Below, piece after piece: positions 1-10,066 of a stretch of DNA of 64,000 nt. Source of the DNA: an uncultured Bacilli bacterium (lineage in GTDB: Bacteria > Bacillota_I > Bacilli_A > RF39 > UBA660). Under the pieces are notes generated by a model that saw only the letters and a program-made list of their open reading frames with translations, searched no databases and was not told the DNA's origin. The stretch is taken from positions 5,010-69,009 of the forward strand of contig CALVIX010000003.1 of assembly GCA_944331895.1 (NCBI GenBank), in the 5' to 3' direction. Position 1 is the first letter of the stretch. The number at the start of each line of letters is the position of its first letter. Made by a program: the position numbers and the translations under genes.

Positions 1-879
1 GGTGTCAAATGTAGTGTTCTATTCGGTGGAAGCAACCCAAAATCGCAAAAAGAAATTTTGAAAAAGCACGTACCAATCCTCGTCATCACTGCAGGAAAAG
101 CAAGTGAGCTCATAAAAGCTAAGAAATTAAAGCTAGAATATCTTTCCTATCTTGTACTGGATGAAGCAGATCTTTTGACGGAGAAAAATTGTTATCGCGA
201 CTCTGAAAATATCGTAGCAGCACTATCATCTAATACACAAGTGATCTTGTGTTCCGCAACAAAGACACCTAAATTAGAAACATTCGCCCAAAACTTACAA
301 CTTAAAATAATAGAAACAGAAGAAAAGAAAAATGAAAATATTGAACAATCTTTTTATCAAGTAGAAGAAAAGGAAAAATACGATCGTCTAAAACAATTGC
401 TAGAGAAAGAACAAGTTTTTCATGCACTTATCTTTGTTCAAACGAAAAACAAAGCTACCAAACTAGCGCAAAAATTAACAAATGATCATATTCCTGCGAT
501 CGCTTTTCACCATGATCTCGAAAAAGAAAAGCGAAAAAAAATAGCACAAATGATATCGCAAAACCAACCTCTACTACTTGTCACGACAGATATTGCTGCA
601 CGCGGACTAGATATTCCTAATTTACCATACGTTATTCAATATGATGCAGCTAATTCTACTGAAACATATTTTCATCGTATCGGTCGTACAGGGCGAAAAA
701 ATAAGGGAAATAGTATCATCTTTTTAACAAAACAAGATGACAAACTAAAACGAGACATTGAATACAAGTATCAGACTAAGATAAAAAAGAAAAAGAAAAT
801 TGATAATGAAAAGGTAATAAAAAAGAAAAAGAAGAGAAAACATACGAAGAATATTGGAAAACCACACAAGAAAAAATAG
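1..879 (+). CDS. DEAD-box RNA helicase (5' end lies outside the window)
   Basis: Frame is open from base 1 (GVKCSVLFGG...). Motifs LDEAD, SAT, TDIAARGLD, HRIGRTGR. Lys-rich tail. Confidence 0.9.
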   Translation, partial: GVKCSVLFGGSNPKSQKEILKKHVPILVITAGKASELIKAKKLKLEYLSYLVLDEADLLTEKNCYRDSENIVAALSSNTQVILCSATKTPKLETFAQNLQLKIIETEEKKNENIEQSFYQVEEKEKYDRLKQLLEKEQVFHALIFVQTKNKATKLAQKLTNDHIPAIAFHHDLEKEKRKKIAQMISQNQPLLLVTTDIAARGLDIPNLPYVIQYDAANSTETYFHRIGRTGRKNKGNSIIFLTKQDDKLKRDIEYKYQTKIKKKKKIDNEKVIKKKKKRKHTKNIGKPHKKK

Positions 880-902
880 AGACCTAGATCTCTATTTTTT
901 TA
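875..902. repeat. Left copy of 28-bp direct repeat AATAGAGACCTAGATCTCTATTTTTTTA; also a bidirectional terminator-like hairpin
   Basis: Identical to 3557-3584. Contains the helicase stop codon (TAG 877-879). Inverted arms around a 6-bp CCTAGA spacer. Confidence 0.9.
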
Positions 903-957
903 CTGGTAGGATTTTAATTATAATTCTTCTACTTTTTACAATACTAAAATACAATTT

Positions 958-3432
958 TTATCCAATCTTCCTTTTGTAAGTACATCCGTTTTGGTAATAA
1001 TTCGAACATCCAAAAAACTCGCCATATTTACTAATTTTTTTTCTCAATTGACCGCCACACACCGGACACTCAAATTGTTCTCTCTTCAGTTCGTGTTCAT
1101 AATTTTGTTTGAGCTCTAGTGCAAATTCCGATTCTTGCCCATTGATAGTGACAATAAACGTTTTCTTCTTTGCTCTCGTTAGTGCTACATAAAATAATCG
1201 TCGTTCCTCTGCATAAGGATATTGTTCACAATGTTCAAGCAACAAATCTAAAATAGGAGCATCTTGAATTTTACTTGGAAATCCCATCTTTGATTTACGA
1301 TTATTTATAATAAAAACATAGTCGGCTTGTAAGCCTTTCGCTTTATGCGCTGTCAAAAAAATTATATTCAGATCTGTCCGCATTTTTGATTTTACATCAA
1401 TAAACCCCGTTATATTGTTATACTTACATGCAAATAATCCACTGTCGCTTAGAATCTTGTTATCAAACGAATATCTTCCAATAAAATATACCGTACTTCC
1501 TTTAGGAAGATCATATAATTTTGCCGCCATAAATTTAATAACATTTTTATCAGTGTAGCCAGAAATTTCTCCAAGCGGAAATCCCTTAGTTTCAGATTTT
1601 CCTTGGATATTTTTTTTAATTTGCAGTGGATTCTGCATTATAAAATTACTACTTATTTCCGCCATCTTCTGCGAAAATCGATATGTAGTTTCTATTTTAC
1701 TAATTTCTGTTTCACCCCAATATTTTGAAAAATTAAGAATAAATCCAATATCACTACCTGTAAAGCGATATATACTTTGCCAGTCATCTCCCACACAAAA
1801 AAGCTCATAATCCTTTGATTTTCGTAAACTATCTAATAGAGAAAAATTAGCTTTTGATATATCTTGATATTCATCAACTATTACATATTTATACGGATTA
1901 GTGTATTTCCCTTGACGTACATATTCAGAAGCCAGATTAATCATATCATTAAAATCAATCTCATTGTTTGTTGTAAGATATTGACAATATGCATTAAAAA
2001 TCGGTTCTAATAACAAAAGGATAATTTTATTTGTGTATACATTATCTCTATTATAATTAAGTTTTTGAACTGTTGATATATCATATCCATTACTTTTAAT
2101 AAGGTTGATCAACGTTTCAAACAATTCAGCAAGACTTTCTAGTAAAAAATCCTCTTTATCATTAACTTGAGCCCACAGTTCTTTAGCGGGTCTTGGTTTC
2201 AAAATTACAGATGAATCTTTAAGTTTTTTTGTCAATGAATTAAGCAGATTTCCTTCACTTTTTTCATATGCATAACACTCGATCATTTTTGTTTTATATT
2301 TTCGATGGATAGTACGCTTCCACTTCATAGATGCTCGATATGCTTCTGTAGCAGTCTTTCCATTTGCTGAACTAAAATACGATGGGACTTCACCCTTTTC
2401 ATTAATACCAAAATATTCTATATATATTTTGTAATCTGGCAGATAAAAATCAGGATGATATTGTCCATACGCTTCTGTTCTCACATCAAATTCATAAGGT
2501 GCTTCATAAATATATCGAATACCATTTTGCATTAAAAAATTAGCAATGTCCATTTCTCCGTAACTTTTTACAATCTCGTGTTGAATTGTAGTAGGTGGGT
2601 TCATCTTAAGATATTCGTCATATTCTTTCTGCGATGCAAAATCAAATTCAGATTTAGCTACCACACGATTATATAACAAATAAGAATTCAATAAATCGAG
2701 GTATTCATCAGATTGCATATTAATCACAAGTTGTTTTTTAATAAATTCACGTAAAGAAATTTGCGTAATCTTTGGCATTGTCCCGTTAACTTCAGAAATA
2801 ATATTTAATCCAAGCTTATGAAATGTACAAATTGCAATATTACATTCGGTCTCAATAGCAATTCTTTCTTTCATCTCTGTTGTTGTGGCCCGTGTAAAAG
2901 ATATGACTAAAATATCTTGCGGAAGATATTTTAGCTTCTTTAATAAATATTTTATTTTTCCGATGATAATGGTTGTTTTTCCTGTCCCTGCACCAGCTAT
3001 GATTAAATGATTATGTGCTTCTTTTACGATACAAGTCATTTGTTGTTTGTCTAATTCTTTTCCACTAATATTACCAATAAGAGAATATGCCTCCTCAATT
3101 ACTTTCTCATTGTGTTGATAAATTTGGTGGGGCATCAATCGAGCTGAATTAAATAGTTCGGCCTGTTTTAAACATAGTGATTGATATTGAGCAGTTTTTT
3201 TCAATCGCTTTATTTTTTTCGCTTTGGATTCATCTAAAACAATGTTATGTCGTTTATTCCATATTTTTTCAACATTTGGATTAATGAGGCCTGATGTAGA
3301 AAATATTGAATCTCTATCAAACAAGGCAATATCAATATACGAAATCCATCGATTACAGATTTCCTCTTTTTCTTGGCACTTCTTTCGATATAATTTAATA
3401 AACTTTTGAACAATTCCCATATTTTCTCCCAT
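958..3432 (-). CDS. UvrD/helicase IV-like SF1 helicase with inserted nuclease-like domain and C-terminal topoisomerase-type C4 zinc ribbon
   Basis: AGAGTGKTT, VDEYQD, VGDDWQSIY, TAHKAKGLQ, EERRLFYVALTRAK. Insert KSYGE..IANFL...PDFYLPD..IYIEYFG. CPVCGG...GCSNY...C. Alternative start at 3420. Confidence 0.85.
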   Translation of the reverse strand: MGENMGIVQKFIKLYRKKCQEKEEICNRWISYIDIALFDRDSIFSTSGLINPNVEKIWNKRHNIVLDESKAKKIKRLKKTAQYQSLCLKQAELFNSARLMPHQIYQHNEKVIEEAYSLIGNISGKELDKQQMTCIVKEAHNHLIIAGAGTGKTTIIIGKIKYLLKKLKYLPQDILVISFTRATTTEMKERIAIETECNIAICTFHKLGLNIISEVNGTMPKITQISLREFIKKQLVINMQSDEYLDLLNSYLLYNRVVAKSEFDFASQKEYDEYLKMNPPTTIQHEIVKSYGEMDIANFLMQNGIRYIYEAPYEFDVRTEAYGQYHPDFYLPDYKIYIEYFGINEKGEVPSYFSSANGKTATEAYRASMKWKRTIHRKYKTKMIECYAYEKSEGNLLNSLTKKLKDSSVILKPRPAKELWAQVNDKEDFLLESLAELFETLINLIKSNGYDISTVQKLNYNRDNVYTNKIILLLLEPIFNAYCQYLTTNNEIDFNDMINLASEYVRQGKYTNPYKYVIVDEYQDISKANFSLLDSLRKSKDYELFCVGDDWQSIYRFTGSDIGFILNFSKYWGETEISKIETTYRFSQKMAEISSNFIMQNPLQIKKNIQGKSETKGFPLGEISGYTDKNVIKFMAAKLYDLPKGSTVYFIGRYSFDNKILSDSGLFACKYNNITGFIDVKSKMRTDLNIIFLTAHKAKGLQADYVFIINNRKSKMGFPSKIQDAPILDLLLEHCEQYPYAEERRLFYVALTRAKKKTFIVTINGQESEFALELKQNYEHELKREQFECPVCGGQLRKKISKYGEFFGCSNYYQNGCTYKRKIG

Positions 3433-3556
3433 TCTATTCTTACGTCATAACATAGGGTATCGACTCTAAAAGCAATGACACTTCAGAAATAATATTGAAC
3501 TTACATTTTGTTTTATTTTAGATCTCACTTTAAAATATCTCAATAACTATCTTATT

Positions 3557-3584
3557 AATAGAGACCTAGATCTCTATTTTTTTA
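3557..3584. repeat. Right copy of the 28-bp direct repeat
   Basis: Identical to 875-902. Overlaps the gltX stop codon (3574-3576) and last codons. Confidence 0.9.
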
Positions 3585-5226
3585 GTCCATATCTTTCCAT
3601 CATGCGATCGCGTCCAAATAACTTCATAATATCATATAAATTTGGTGTCATCGATTTCGTTGTGAGCGCTACACGTAATACCATACTAATATCTCCGATG
3701 TGTCCCTTATATTGATCTGGATTATTTTTGTATTCTTTCACTTCTCTTGCGTATCCAAATTCAGCAGCTAAATCTTTCATATGCCCAAACCAAGTTTGTT
3801 CATCCTCTTCCTCGCTATAGTACTTTTCCATGTAAGTAGATAAAATCGTTTCAATTTCTTTTGGATCTTTGATGTTTTGATATTCAAAATCTTCCTTATT
3901 TGGATGATATAATTCATCATACATATACCAAATTTGATTCTTGAGATCACTAAAACATGTGTAATCTTTTCTTGGTTTTTTCTTGTTTCTTTCGATATCA
4001 AAAATACCGATAGAATATTCTTTATACTTCTTTAAAAGATCTGCAAACTCACTATCGTATTCCTCTGCCCATGCAAGGCCTCTTTCATATACTTCCTCTG
4101 CTTTTAATCGGCTGATAAAGTTTTTAGATAAATTTAAGATCTTTTCTAGATCGAATAATGATCCACTTGGACTAATTTTCTTGAAATCCATTTTGAAATC
4201 ATCGATTTTACCAGTTGGATTCGCATCTAACCAACCTTCGAAATTAGAGTTAGCAACCGTTGCTAAATAAAGTAAAATCGCTTCGTTTGGAATTCCCTTT
4301 TCGTGATAATAACTTACTGCCATCTCTGGATCTTTTCTCTTGCTCAATTTACGACGCGCACCATTTTCTTCCTTCATCAAAGGCGAAATATGAGCATATT
4401 TTGGAGCTTTGAATCCAAATACTTGGAATAACTGTAAATGAATTGGTGCCGAACTTACCCATTCATCTCCACGAATGACGTGTGTCGTGCGCATTAAATG
4501 GTCATCGACAAGATGCGCGAAATGATATGTTGGAAGACCATCCGACTTGATGATAACGATATCCATGTCATTTTCTGGCATCTCAATTTTACCTTTAATC
4601 GCATCATTTAACACGATCTTTTTATTAAAATCACCAGGAGATTTCAAACGAATAATATATGGTGCCCCATTTTTTATTTTCTCTACTGCTTCTTCTTTGG
4701 TAAAGAAACGACTTTTTGCGAAATCCCCATAATATCCAATACGATCTTTGACAAGTTCTTGATGCTCGCGAATCTCTTTTAGTTCCTCTTCTGTTTCAAA
4801 TGCTGGATATGCGAGGTCTTGTTCAATTAAATATTTTGCGAATGCTTGGTAGATATCTTTTCTCTTACTTTGAATATATGGACCGTATATTCCCTTTTCT
4901 TCTGTTTCATTTACGACACCTTCATCAAACGTAATTCCGAAGTTATTTAAATCACGTACGATACTTTCAATTCCATTTTCGACTTCACGTTTTTTATCAG
5001 TATCCTCAATTCTTAAGAAGAATACACCATCTGTTTGGCGTGCCATCTTTCTTTCGATAAATGCTGCATATAATGCCCCCATATGAACAAATCCCGTTGG
5101 ACTTGGTGCGTAACGTGTTACGATTGCTCCTTCTTTTAAATCGCGGTATGGATATTTCTTCTCATAGTAATCCATGTCATGTTCTACATTTGGTAATAAA
5201 AAATCTGCGTATTCTTTATTTGTCAT
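3574..5226 (-). CDS. gltX: Glutamate--tRNA ligase
   Basis: RYAPSPTG, HMGA (HIGH), LRIEDTD, KLSKR (KMSKS). Start moved to ATG 5226 behind a GAAAGGA RBS. Confidence 0.95.
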   Translation of the reverse strand: MTNKEYADFLLPNVEHDMDYYEKKYPYRDLKEGAIVTRYAPSPTGFVHMGALYAAFIERKMARQTDGVFFLRIEDTDKKREVENGIESIVRDLNNFGITFDEGVVNETEEKGIYGPYIQSKRKDIYQAFAKYLIEQDLAYPAFETEEELKEIREHQELVKDRIGYYGDFAKSRFFTKEEAVEKIKNGAPYIIRLKSPGDFNKKIVLNDAIKGKIEMPENDMDIVIIKSDGLPTYHFAHLVDDHLMRTTHVIRGDEWVSSAPIHLQLFQVFGFKAPKYAHISPLMKEENGARRKLSKRKDPEMAVSYYHEKGIPNEAILLYLATVANSNFEGWLDANPTGKIDDFKMDFKKISPSGSLFDLEKILNLSKNFISRLKAEEVYERGLAWAEEYDSEFADLLKKYKEYSIGIFDIERNKKKPRKDYTCFSDLKNQIWYMYDELYHPNKEDFEYQNIKDPKEIETILSTYMEKYYSEEEDEQTWFGHMKDLAAEFGYAREVKEYKNNPDQYKGHIGDISMVLRVALTTKSMTPNLYDIMKLFGRDRMMERYGLKK

Positions 5227-5244
5227 ACTCTCATTCCTTTCTAC

Positions 5245-5445
5245 ATAAAAAAGATTCATCTGTTAAGGACGAATCTTCGTGGTACCACCTTAGTTCTCTA
5301 TTTATAAAATAGACTCAAATCCCTTAACGCGGGAAACGGAATCATCAACTCCAAAGTTTCTTCTCTATGTTCCTCGTACTTATTTTCACCAACCATAAGC
5401 TCTCTATAACGATTTCGATAGATACTCCTCTTCTTCTTCGTCTTT
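5245..5445 (-). promoter_or_regulatory. T-box riboswitch (Glu)
   Basis: Minus strand has AGAGA and GGTGA stem-I motifs, a probable GAA specifier, T-box AAGGTGGTACCACG and a terminator with U-run upstream of gltX. Confidence 0.9.
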
Positions 5446-5461
5446 TACAACTAGTATTTTA

Positions 5462-6352
5462 TCATGAACCATTTTGCTTGTCAACGGATCCCGCTTTATA
5501 ATATAGCTCGTCATCCTTATCTAACGAAAGATAATAGGTTGCTTTTTTAGGACAGGTAAAAATTAGTTTCACATCTAGTTTTTCTGGATCTTTTTCCTGC
5601 ATATTGTTTAACTCTTCTTTCAATTGTTCATTTTCTTTTTGCAATGCTTCTATTTTTGCGTTTGCTGTATTTAATAATTCCTCACAACTTGCCTCTGGGG
5701 TCGGTTCTGGTTCAGGCTCTGGTGCCGGTTTTTGAAATCCATTTAACCCTGCTTTTTTAATAATCTCTGGATAATCGTAATATGCGATATCCAAATCGAC
5801 TCTTCCCGTAATTCCTGTGATCGATCCATCAGAACTATATTGCCACATACCATGTGTAAAATCTGCTTGATCTATCGAATTCCACTGTGCTACCCATTTA
5901 TCGTAACGATCTAACACAGAACTATTCAATTTCGTACGAAACCAATTCAAGCTAGAATAAATTCCTACATAGTACCCTGCTGCTTCTATTTCCGAACAAT
6001 ACGTATTACATATCTCTGTTAAAAGATCATTTGATAACCCTGCTTGGTACTGTGGATCTTCAACATCGTAGAAAATTGGGTATGATAATTTAAAATCTTT
6101 GACTAAACGTAATGTATGAGCAACTTCACTTTTCGCATTTTCAATATTCTGAGCATAACTATATAGATAAACACCAAACGGAATTCCTAATCGTGTGCAT
6201 TCCGTTGCATTATATATAAATTGTTTATCATCATATGCTTTCAAATCTCCTGCATATCCACATCGTATGATTGCAAAATCAATTTGTGATTTTACTGCTT
6301 CCCAATTGATCACGCCCTGATGACTCGAAACATCGATTCCTCTTAATGCCAT
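5462..6352 (-). CDS. GH25 muramidase with Pro-rich linker, coiled coil and short C-terminal domain
   Basis: GIDVSSHQG, YDVE, MWQYSS, VDLD. PAPEPEPEPTPE linker. ATG 6352 after a GAGGTG RBS. Confidence 0.9.
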   Translation of the reverse strand: MALRGIDVSSHQGVINWEAVKSQIDFAIIRCGYAGDLKAYDDKQFIYNATECTRLGIPFGVYLYSYAQNIENAKSEVAHTLRLVKDFKLSYPIFYDVEDPQYQAGLSNDLLTEICNTYCSEIEAAGYYVGIYSSLNWFRTKLNSSVLDRYDKWVAQWNSIDQADFTHGMWQYSSDGSITGITGRVDLDIAYYDYPEIIKKAGLNGFQKPAPEPEPEPTPEASCEELLNTANAKIEALQKENEQLKEELNNMQEKDPEKLDVKLIFTCPKKATYYLSLDKDDELYYKAGSVDKQNGS

Positions 6353-6721
6353 ATCTCTCACCTCTAACATATGATATTCGAGAAATATTTTTTTGCATAC
6401 GCAGATACCTTTTTTTTAAATTTTTTATATAGCTATACTTTGCAATTTTTTACACAATCCATCTAAGCATACAATCGTAGATTATCATCTTCCTTATGGT
6501 ATCAAATAAAACGAAACAAGGCACTTTCACTTTACATTATGCCGTATTCATCATACAGTATATTGGAATATAGATTTCCAAACATTTTATCCACACAGAA
6601 CAACTTTACCCCTTGTTGTTCTACTCCGCGTCTTTTCAGATTGATACATCATCGAAATCTATTTTTCATTATAATAAAAGATATCATTTTCTAGAAATGA
6701 TATCTTTTTTGTATCCCTTAC

Positions 6722-6750
6722 TTGACAAGGAAACAGAAGTCATGTAAAAT
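6722..6750 (+). promoter_or_regulatory. Sigma-A promoter of tRNA-Ser
   Basis: TTGACA-17 bp-TAAAAT. Confidence 0.8.
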
Positions 6751-6762
6751 GAATATTGTTCT

Positions 6763-6853
6763 GGAGTAGTACTCAAGTGGTTGAAGAGGCGCCCCTGCTA
6801 AGGGTGTAGGTCGGGCAACTGGCGCGGAGGTTCAAATCCTCTCTACTCCGCCA
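6763..6853 (+). tRNA. tRNA-Ser(GCT)
   Basis: GGAGTAG/CTACTCC acceptor stem, GCT anticodon, long variable arm, GGTTCAAATCC, encoded CCA. Confidence 0.97.
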
Positions 6854-6916
6854 TATGAAATCAAAACACTTTATAGTGTTTTTTTTCTTTTTGTGCTATC
6901 ATATAAATGAGGTGGT

Positions 6917-8230
6917 ATGATGAGAAAAGAAATTACGATGAAAGAATTAGAACGCTTTCAAAAAAAATATCATGATGATCCTAAAAATAAGTTAATTGAA
7001 AATGCTATCACGAGATCAGGTATCGATGATGTGTGTTTCAATCGAGAAACTTTAATTGAAAATCAAAATGTATTCAATGTAGAAACAGAATTAGGAAGTG
7101 TTCAAAACCAAAAAAATAGTGGTCGTTGTTGGTGCTTTGCCGGAACGAACATGATTCGTGGAAACATCGCAAAGAACATGAATGTCGAGGTAAAAGATCT
7201 CTCTTTATCCAATGTTTATCTTACCTTTTATGATCGATTAGAAAAATTTAATAACGCCTATGAAAATTTATTTACAGTAGAAAATTTAGACTATGACTAT
7301 CTACTACAAGAGTATTATCTCATGTGTGGTGAAGGTGGGTGGTACGAATCCTTTTCTAACTTAGTTACAAAGTATGGAATTCTACCGTCCTCATATATGC
7401 CAGAGTCACACGATAGTGTCGCTTCCAATCGACTTAATACTCTTCTGCAAGAAAAATTAAAATACGATGCGAATATAATTATCGAACTCCGCAATCAAAA
7501 TACACCGATCGAAAAATTACGAAAAGAAAAAGAAAGAATGTTATCAGAAGTATATGAAATTCTATGTAAAGTATTAGGAGAACCAACGAAAGAATTTACA
7601 TTAGAATATCAAGACAAAAAGAAAAAGAAAATCAGAATCGAACACATGACTCCAATGAAATTTAAAGAACAATATTTAACAATCGATCTAAACGATTTTG
7701 TGGTATTAAAAAGTATCGATCACTATAAGAAAAAATACTATCAAAAATATCAGGATGAACGAGCTTACGGCGCAACGACGAGGAAATTTGAATACATCAA
7801 TGTTCCCCTGAAAGAATTAGAAAAAGCTGCAATCAAACAATTAAAAGATAATATGCCTGTATGGTTTGCTTGTCCTACAAACAAAATGTGGAATCGTAAA
7901 GAATGGATTTTAGATATGAGGAACTATAACTATCTTGACACCCTTGGAATGAAACTGATGGATCGCAAAACATCGTATAACTTTCACGATATTCCATCTA
8001 GTCATGCGATGTCATTCGTTGGAGTTCATCTCATCGATCATAAGCCCGTACGTTGGAAAGTAGAAAATTCGTGGGGAAATGAAAAGGATGCGAAACAATT
8101 TCTTATTATGAATCAAAACTATTTTGAAGAGCGTGTCACTGCTGTTGCAGTTCACAAGAAATATTTATCCGCAAAAATTAAAAAATGTTTGGACCAAGCA
8201 CCAATTATCATCAATATTCACGAACTATAA
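6917..8230 (+). CDS. pepC: Cysteine aminopeptidase C (bleomycin hydrolase, C1B family)
   Basis: QKNSGRCWCFA (catalytic Cys), SHAM (His), VENSWG (Asn). Confidence 0.9.
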   Translation: MMRKEITMKELERFQKKYHDDPKNKLIENAITRSGIDDVCFNRETLIENQNVFNVETELGSVQNQKNSGRCWCFAGTNMIRGNIAKNMNVEVKDLSLSNVYLTFYDRLEKFNNAYENLFTVENLDYDYLLQEYYLMCGEGGWYESFSNLVTKYGILPSSYMPESHDSVASNRLNTLLQEKLKYDANIIIELRNQNTPIEKLRKEKERMLSEVYEILCKVLGEPTKEFTLEYQDKKKKKIRIEHMTPMKFKEQYLTIDLNDFVVLKSIDHYKKKYYQKYQDERAYGATTRKFEYINVPLKELEKAAIKQLKDNMPVWFACPTNKMWNRKEWILDMRNYNYLDTLGMKLMDRKTSYNFHDIPSSHAMSFVGVHLIDHKPVRWKVENSWGNEKDAKQFLIMNQNYFEERVTAVAVHKKYLSAKIKKCLDQAPIIINIHEL

Positions 8231-8243
8231 AAAGGAAGAAGTT

Positions 8244-9278
8244 TTATTTTACTTCTTCTTTTTTTGTTGCTTTTTTATTCTTATTAACACTAATATCATA
8301 ATGTTCACGTACTTGTTCTTCCAATTCTTCTTTTAAAGCTTTGTTCGTACGTAATAACTCTTTGACATTTTCTTTTCCTTGTCCAAGTTTTTCACCATGA
8401 TATGCGTACCAAGCTCCACTCTTCTCAATAATATGAGCATCACTTGCTAAATCGACAATTTCACCTTCGACAGAGACACCCTCTCCATACATGATGTCTA
8501 CTGTTGCACTCTTAAATGGAGGTGCCATCTTATTCTTGACAACTTTAATATTTGTTTTGTTTCCGATAATGTTGGTTCCGTTTTTAATCTGTTCAGAGCG
8601 TCTAATTTCAAGACGTACAGAAGCATAGAATTTCAAAGCTCTTCCTCCAGGTGTCGTCTCAGGATTTCCAAACATAACCCCCACTTTTTCACGTAATTGG
8701 TTGATGAAAATTGCAATTGTATTTGTCTTGCTAATGACTCCGGATAATTTACGAAGTGCCTGACTCATAAGTCTTGCTTGTAATCCAACATGACTATCTC
8801 CCATTTCTCCTTCGATTTCAGCTTGTGGAACCAATGCCGCAACAGAATCGATAACAACGATACTAATTGCACCACTACGTACCAACGCTTCGCAAATTTC
8901 TAGTGCTTGTTCTCCATTATCTGGTTGAGACAATAATAGTTCATCGATATTAACTCCCAATTTTGCTGCATATTGAGGATCTAATGAATGCTCTGCATCG
9001 ATAAATGCAACTCTTCCTCCAGCTTTTTGTGCTTCTGCAATCGCATGTAATGCAAACGTCGTTTTACCACTTGACTCCGGTCCGTATATTTCGATAATAC
9101 GACCTTTTGGATATCCTCCAATTCCTAGTGCGATGTCTAATGAAAGAGAACCACTTGGAATGACATCGATTTCACGATGTTCATTTGCTCCCAACTTCAT
9201 TACAGCTCCTTTTCCAAACTGTTTTTCCATATCTGCTAAAACTTGATCTAATGTTTTATCCGCAGTTGTCTTTGCCAT
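8244..9278 (-). CDS. recA: Recombinase A
   Basis: [20 protein letters not shown]; canonical RecA sequence. Confidence 0.99.
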   Translation of the reverse strand: MAKTTADKTLDQVLADMEKQFGKGAVMKLGANEHREIDVIPSGSLSLDIALGIGGYPKGRIIEIYGPESSGKTTFALHAIAEAQKAGGRVAFIDAEHSLDPQYAAKLGVNIDELLLSQPDNGEQALEICEALVRSGAISIVVIDSVAALVPQAEIEGEMGDSHVGLQARLMSQALRKLSGVISKTNTIAIFINQLREKVGVMFGNPETTPGGRALKFYASVRLEIRRSEQIKNGTNIIGNKTNIKVVKNKMAPPFKSATVDIMYGEGVSVEGEIVDLASDAHIIEKSGAWYAYHGEKLGQGKENVKELLRTNKALKEELEEQVREHYDISVNKNKKATKKEEVK

Positions 9279-9325
9279 AAATTCCTCCTCTATCTATGTT
9301 GGTTTTATTTAACTCTTACATACTC

Positions 9326-9376
9326 ATTTTATCACATAGAAATAATTTGTCAATAGTTTTTGCGAACAATTGTTTG
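9326..9376 (-). promoter_or_regulatory. recA promoter with upstream LexA (Cheo) box
   Basis: TTGACA (9348-9353)-16 bp-TGaTAAAAT. CGAAC-AATT-GTTTG at 9363-9376. Confidence 0.8.
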
Positions 9377-9439
9377 CCAAAATATGTATTCCTAAATCAA
9401 CAGATAAAAAAAGAAGTATATACAAATTGATATACTCTT

Positions 9440-10057
9440 CTACTTTGTTTTTGCAGATGTACTTTGATCTTCAAAAATATATTTTTTATTCATAGTGTAA
9501 TACTGTACACCAGACACGATCGAAAGTACTGCTGCGATAATTAATAAGAAGTCTGACACCTTTAAATTCCATAATTCAAATGGTAAGTTATAGAATAAAG
9601 TGAGTGTAATTCCAACCATTAAACACGCTGTTTTTAACTTTCCAGACATGATCGCTGCAACTGCCTCACCTTTATTTCCGGCAACCATTTTAATCGCATT
9701 GACAATGCTATCTCGCACGATAACTACAACTGTAATAATTGGATGGATAAATCCTGTTGCACATAGAATAATCAATACAGAGTTTACGAGAACTTTATCT
9801 GCGATCGCATCGATCATCTTTCCAAAGTCAGTTACTAAATTGTATTTGCGAGCAATGTATCCATCTAAGAAGTCAGTTAAAGATGCGACAATAAAAATGA
9901 ATCCAGCAATTGGATATCGTATATCTACGACGATTGCCTCATTTACAAATAATTTAGGTAAAGTAATTCCAGTTGCATCAAATGGAAATAATAAGATGGC
10001 AATAATCAAAAATGCCATAAAAATTCTTAACATCGTTAATTTATTTGGTAAATTCAT
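9440..10057 (-). CDS. pgsA: CDP-diacylglycerol--glycerol-3-phosphate 3-phosphatidyltransferase
   Basis: MNLPNKLT; DFLDGYIARKYN..TDFGK..D..ADK CDP-alcohol motif. Confidence 0.96.
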   Translation of the reverse strand: MNLPNKLTMLRIFMAFLIIAILLFPFDATGITLPKLFVNEAIVVDIRYPIAGFIFIVASLTDFLDGYIARKYNLVTDFGKMIDAIADKVLVNSVLIILCATGFIHPIITVVVIVRDSIVNAIKMVAGNKGEAVAAIMSGKLKTACLMVGITLTLFYNLPFELWNLKVSDFLLIIAAVLSIVSGVQYYTMNKKYIFEDQSTSAKTK

Positions 10058-10066
10058 AAGTTCCTC

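Larger units (their letters stand above)
875..3584. mobile_element. Integrase-less single-gene genomic islet bounded by 28-bp direct repeats
   Basis: Removing the interval plus one repeat copy restores a clean convergent DEAD-helicase/gltX junction sharing one terminator. Confidence 0.7.

Noticed and set aside
875-902. 28-bp repeat as a chromosomal dif/Xer site
   Set aside because: The length and 6-bp spacer fit, but it lacks the XerD-arm TTATGT(T/A)AA of known dif sites.
5462-6352. Prophage around the GH25 lysin
   Set aside because: No holin, integrase or structural genes; flanked by the gltX T-box and tRNA-Ser.
6620-6629. 10-bp match (TCTACTCCGC) to the tRNA-Ser 3' end as an att site
   Set aside because: Short, located upstream of the tRNA rather than downstream, and encloses no cargo.
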